A stretch of DNA of 20,000 nt from assembly GCA_029717555.1 (NCBI GenBank), contig JAMDHS010000099.1, forward strand, positions 51,103 through 71,102. The letters are read 5' to 3'. The position numbers and the translations under genes were made by a program. The stretch is from Peribolospora baueri (taxonomy: Eukaryota). The notes under the pieces were generated by a model. It did not search any database. It was given only the letters and a program-made list of their open reading frames with translations, and was not told the origin of the DNA. Shown piece after piece: positions 18,301-20,000 of this stretch (position 1 is the stretch's first letter; each line of letters starts with the position of its first letter).

Positions 18301-19608
18301 CACACGACGCCGGTGGTGAAGAGGACAGCGAACAAGGTCGGCTTTGCTCCCTTGCCCCCCGGCGGCGGCGGCGGCGGCGGGACCACCTCTTCTTCCCGGG
18401 CGACGACGAGGATCGGCGCAGACGGCTTGCCCACCCTCGCCCTTCGACCGGTGAGCATGGCGTTCAGCAGCGCCTTTGCTGGAGAGTTCCTCTCCCCCGA
18501 TGACGACGGCATGGACAACGGCGGCGGGGGGAGCGGTAGTGAAGAGGAGAGAGTGACGACGACGACCGACGGTCAAAGCCAACCAGCCAGCTCCATCTCC
18601 ACGCCCACCGCGGACCCCTCGGCGCTCTTCTTCGGCGTCGGCGCTTCTTCCTCCCCCTTCGGCGCCTCTTCCTCCCCCTTCGGCGCCTCTTCCTCCCCCT
18701 ACACCGCCACTCACGACGTCAAACCGGCCAAGCACCGACCGCCGCCGCTCTCCGCGTCAGCCTCTTCTTCTTCGACGATCGTGTCCCCATGGTCACCCAC
18801 CCAATCGCAGTCGTCTACATCGTCTGTCTCCGTCGGAGGCAGGACGAGGTCGTTTGGAGACGCCGAGACGGACGCGAGCTCGCTCCAGACCTCCACCACG
18901 ACGCCCGCTACGCCCTCCTTCTCGCCGTCCTTGGCCAACTTTGCAGGCGCCCAGCCACCGTCGGCCGCGGCGGTCACCGGAAAACACGCCTTGGGCCTCG
19001 TCGTCGATACCGCCAAGGCCAACGCGCGCGCCGGCGGGATGCGCTCCAGCACCACCTCCGTCGGCCAGGTTCACTTGCGGGCCGCGCAGATCGAGTCTCA
19101 GATTGGTCTCCTCGTCGCCGAGCTTCGCTCTCTCCAGGCCGCCAACCCTGAGGTGTTCGACGGTGGCGGTGGTGGTGGCGGTGGCAGTGGCGGTGGCGGC
19201 GGTGGAGGGTTGAGCCCGCAGGCGCCCGTTACGCCCGCCAGCATCGTTTCCTCGACAGCCGGCAGCCTCGCCGTGCCCCACTCTCCCGCGGCCAGCTTGA
19301 TGACTTTTCACTCTGCCGCCAGCTTCTCCACCGTCGGCGGTCCTTCCGCTCTAGCTCCCGGCTGCTGTCCCGCGTGCGGGGCGGAGGAAAAGTACCACAA
19401 CCTGAGCGTGGCTAGGAGGCCGACGACGGCCGACGCCTCGTCGAGCCCTTCTCCGTCCGACTCGAAGCTCTTCCCCGTCGGCGCCGCTGCCAGCGCCAGC
19501 GCCAGCCCGCCGTCGAGTCCGGCCGGCGGCGTGCTGGACAGGCCGAGGGTTGTGCCGTGTTCAAAGGCGGACGGCAGGGCTAGGTTTGGCGCAAAGGTGC
19601 ATCGCTGA
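15382..19608 (+). CDS. Intronless 1408-aa Ser/Ala/Pro-rich, probably disordered protein of unknown function
   Basis: 4.2-kb uninterrupted ORF, gccATGg start context, in-frame upstream TAG at 15340, strong C-ending codon bias, T-rich sequence after the stop. No recognisable folded domain. Confidence 0.85.
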   Translation: MAAFTHTHPQPKRPPPPDDGQLDIAALLAARARAAHSTQSSYSPTLSQFAPDSARSIRSSFTPSFADSDSVYSVRTMNPSTTGHRWSGLPGVPDLPGAFASDPDADADAGQSPISASGSTFFPSAHLVHPDVTRASLEGEVVTFGPVDDNDALSADVTRASLKNEVVTFGSIDADDNHHHHIPALSVPHSAPPSASFRLATSTPPDPSSSFLSHSPNPSPRDHQGPFSDRSHSSPNHHASAAAARLPPPRANTSPYPRTGADAHSRSRSRPSTAGSRSPSSSPSHASDLMHDPADADAAFAYADERVRLQGIREHRLSSFGPSLRKNGRAPWEEEGEDGWGGGGGGGDGDGDRDADSGGGGGGVLAAGAQTLADAEPPPSSSFPRSSKEKEREYQTHNLGARLGLAGLAHRARKVSGEASQRDKDKDNENNRSLDLDDREKTAGSAIFKVRKSLDKGLSRDRSPKAADAAAAVHSPHPPSPSHVFPPLPSSSSSAFSLSPPSSNAHAHAHAHPPAPAPSLAGVISSPSAASTSSFLAIDPHSAPSSSAFASSVANAAPAGGRTRNKSVSMSARHAGEPLLRGLGLLQPSNTASNASIDSDTSFGAVVSSLGRKGGKKLAARAAAAAAAATTTRTHRSGSASSAAASVDIGSSGDGHSHGHGKRPPRSSVDSASIVAGDPSARFTGTGHAPSSSSSSCSSPHTALPLPPMPDVYAHPSPRKPTRPLPPPVSASTAAASAPALTSAVVASVPPLTSAVAAVPPLTSPSTTTLATVSSVASAAGSGGAPGSASASPSSPASHTVAAEQVFRSLPTMAPRAALGVPSSPLHPPRQVPGVSAAGEAPAPPYAEGFATGSGLRLISLEEARARASSLSSSSSPGKTLKTRKSGLLKLFNKDKDRADDRHHPPLPPSSSSSSFSLAPPQTQHADAHSAPNTPSSASKQFDSPLAGPSSSSSASSEHVSAMSRSLSGSAEDHTTPVVKRTANKVGFAPLPPGGGGGGGTTSSSRATTRIGADGLPTLALRPVSMAFSSAFAGEFLSPDDDGMDNGGGGSGSEEERVTTTTDGQSQPASSISTPTADPSALFFGVGASSSPFGASSSPFGASSSPYTATHDVKPAKHRPPPLSASASSSSTIVSPWSPTQSQSSTSSVSVGGRTRSFGDAETDASSLQTSTTTPATPSFSPSLANFAGAQPPSAAAVTGKHALGLVVDTAKANARAGGMRSSTTSVGQVHLRAAQIESQIGLLVAELRSLQAANPEVFDGGGGGGGGSGGGGGGGLSPQAPVTPASIVSSTAGSLAVPHSPAASLMTFHSAASFSTVGGPSALAPGCCPACGAEEKYHNLSVARRPTTADASSSPSPSDSKLFPVGAAASASASPPSSPAGGVLDRPRVVPCSKADGRARFGAKVHR
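15772..15909 (+). repeat. 75-bp (25-aa) tandem duplication within the 1408-aa CDS
   Basis: DVTRASLEGEVVTFGPVDDND starting at 15772 and DVTRASLKNEVVTFGSIDADD starting at 15847. Confidence 0.9.
18640..18702 (+). repeat. Three copies of a 21-bp coding repeat (GASSSPF/Y)
   Basis: ggcgcYtcttcctccccctWc three times. Confidence 0.85.
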
Positions 19609-19890
19609 TTCGCCGTCCCGTCCTTCCGTCTTCCTTTCACTTTTCTTTTCTGTTTCCCTTGGCATTGGGTGGCGTACAACGCAGTAGATACCCCACCCTC
19701 TCCCTCCCTCCCGACCGGACAGCCGGACGACGAAGATGACCCCGATCACCGTAAAATACATACAGTAGATTCGAAGTTACCCACCCACCCGTCCCCTTTT
19801 TTTGTCTCTCTTTACTTTTCCGCCTCACTCACTCAATCACCCACTCTCTCTCTCCTTGTCCAAGTGCGCCCTTCACCCCGACCCGTGTAC

Positions 19891-19915
19891 GTCGTGTCGT
19901 GTCGTGTCGTGTCGT
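19891..19915. repeat. (GTCGT)5 microsatellite
   Basis: gtcgtgtcgtgtcgtgtcgtgtcgt. Confidence 0.9.
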
Positions 19916-20000
19916 ACCTACCACGCGGCCGTGGCCGTGCCTCCAAAGAAAGGCCTTTTTCTTCTTCCAATCCATCCCTCCTTTCCGATAGAAAAGAAAG

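Noticed and set aside
15244..19311. Long antisense ORFs (309, 423, 211 and 172 aa and others) opposite the 1408-aa gene
   Set aside because: G/R/V-rich shadows expected from C-ending codon bias in high-GC DNA; no motifs.
1..20000. A novel multi-gene system or biosynthetic cluster
   Set aside because: Five of six genes are widely conserved housekeeping genes of unrelated function; no backbone enzymes, transporters, transposases or compositional breaks.

Overview
Gene-dense, GC-rich eukaryotic DNA with short GT-AG introns, most likely from a basidiomycete fungus (inferred from gene content, intron size and CTRAY/GCTCAY-type branch sites). Manual splicing resolves six protein-coding genes: (1) NF-YA/HAP2 CCAAT-binding subunit (-, runs off the left edge and is absent from the ORF track); (2) TBC1D20/Gyp8-like Rab-GAP (+, 6 exons); (3) HscB/Jac1 Fe-S co-chaperone (-, 4 exons); (4) Stn1-like OB-fold protein (+, 4 exons, start uncertain); (5) Kel3/KLHDC4-like kelch protein (-, 13 exons); (6) an intronless 1408-aa low-complexity protein of unknown function (+). 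I see no mobile element, RNA gene, CRISPR array or convincing novel multi-gene system. The most notable oddities are a ~72-aa Gly-rich insertion splitting the HAP2 core domain, several stop-free in-frame introns, a satellite-like higher-order repeat in a kelch-gene intron, a dyad-symmetric JAC1/STN1 divergent region, and the motif-punctuated 1408-aa protein. Exon models were derived by hand and family calls come from motif recognition, not database searches.
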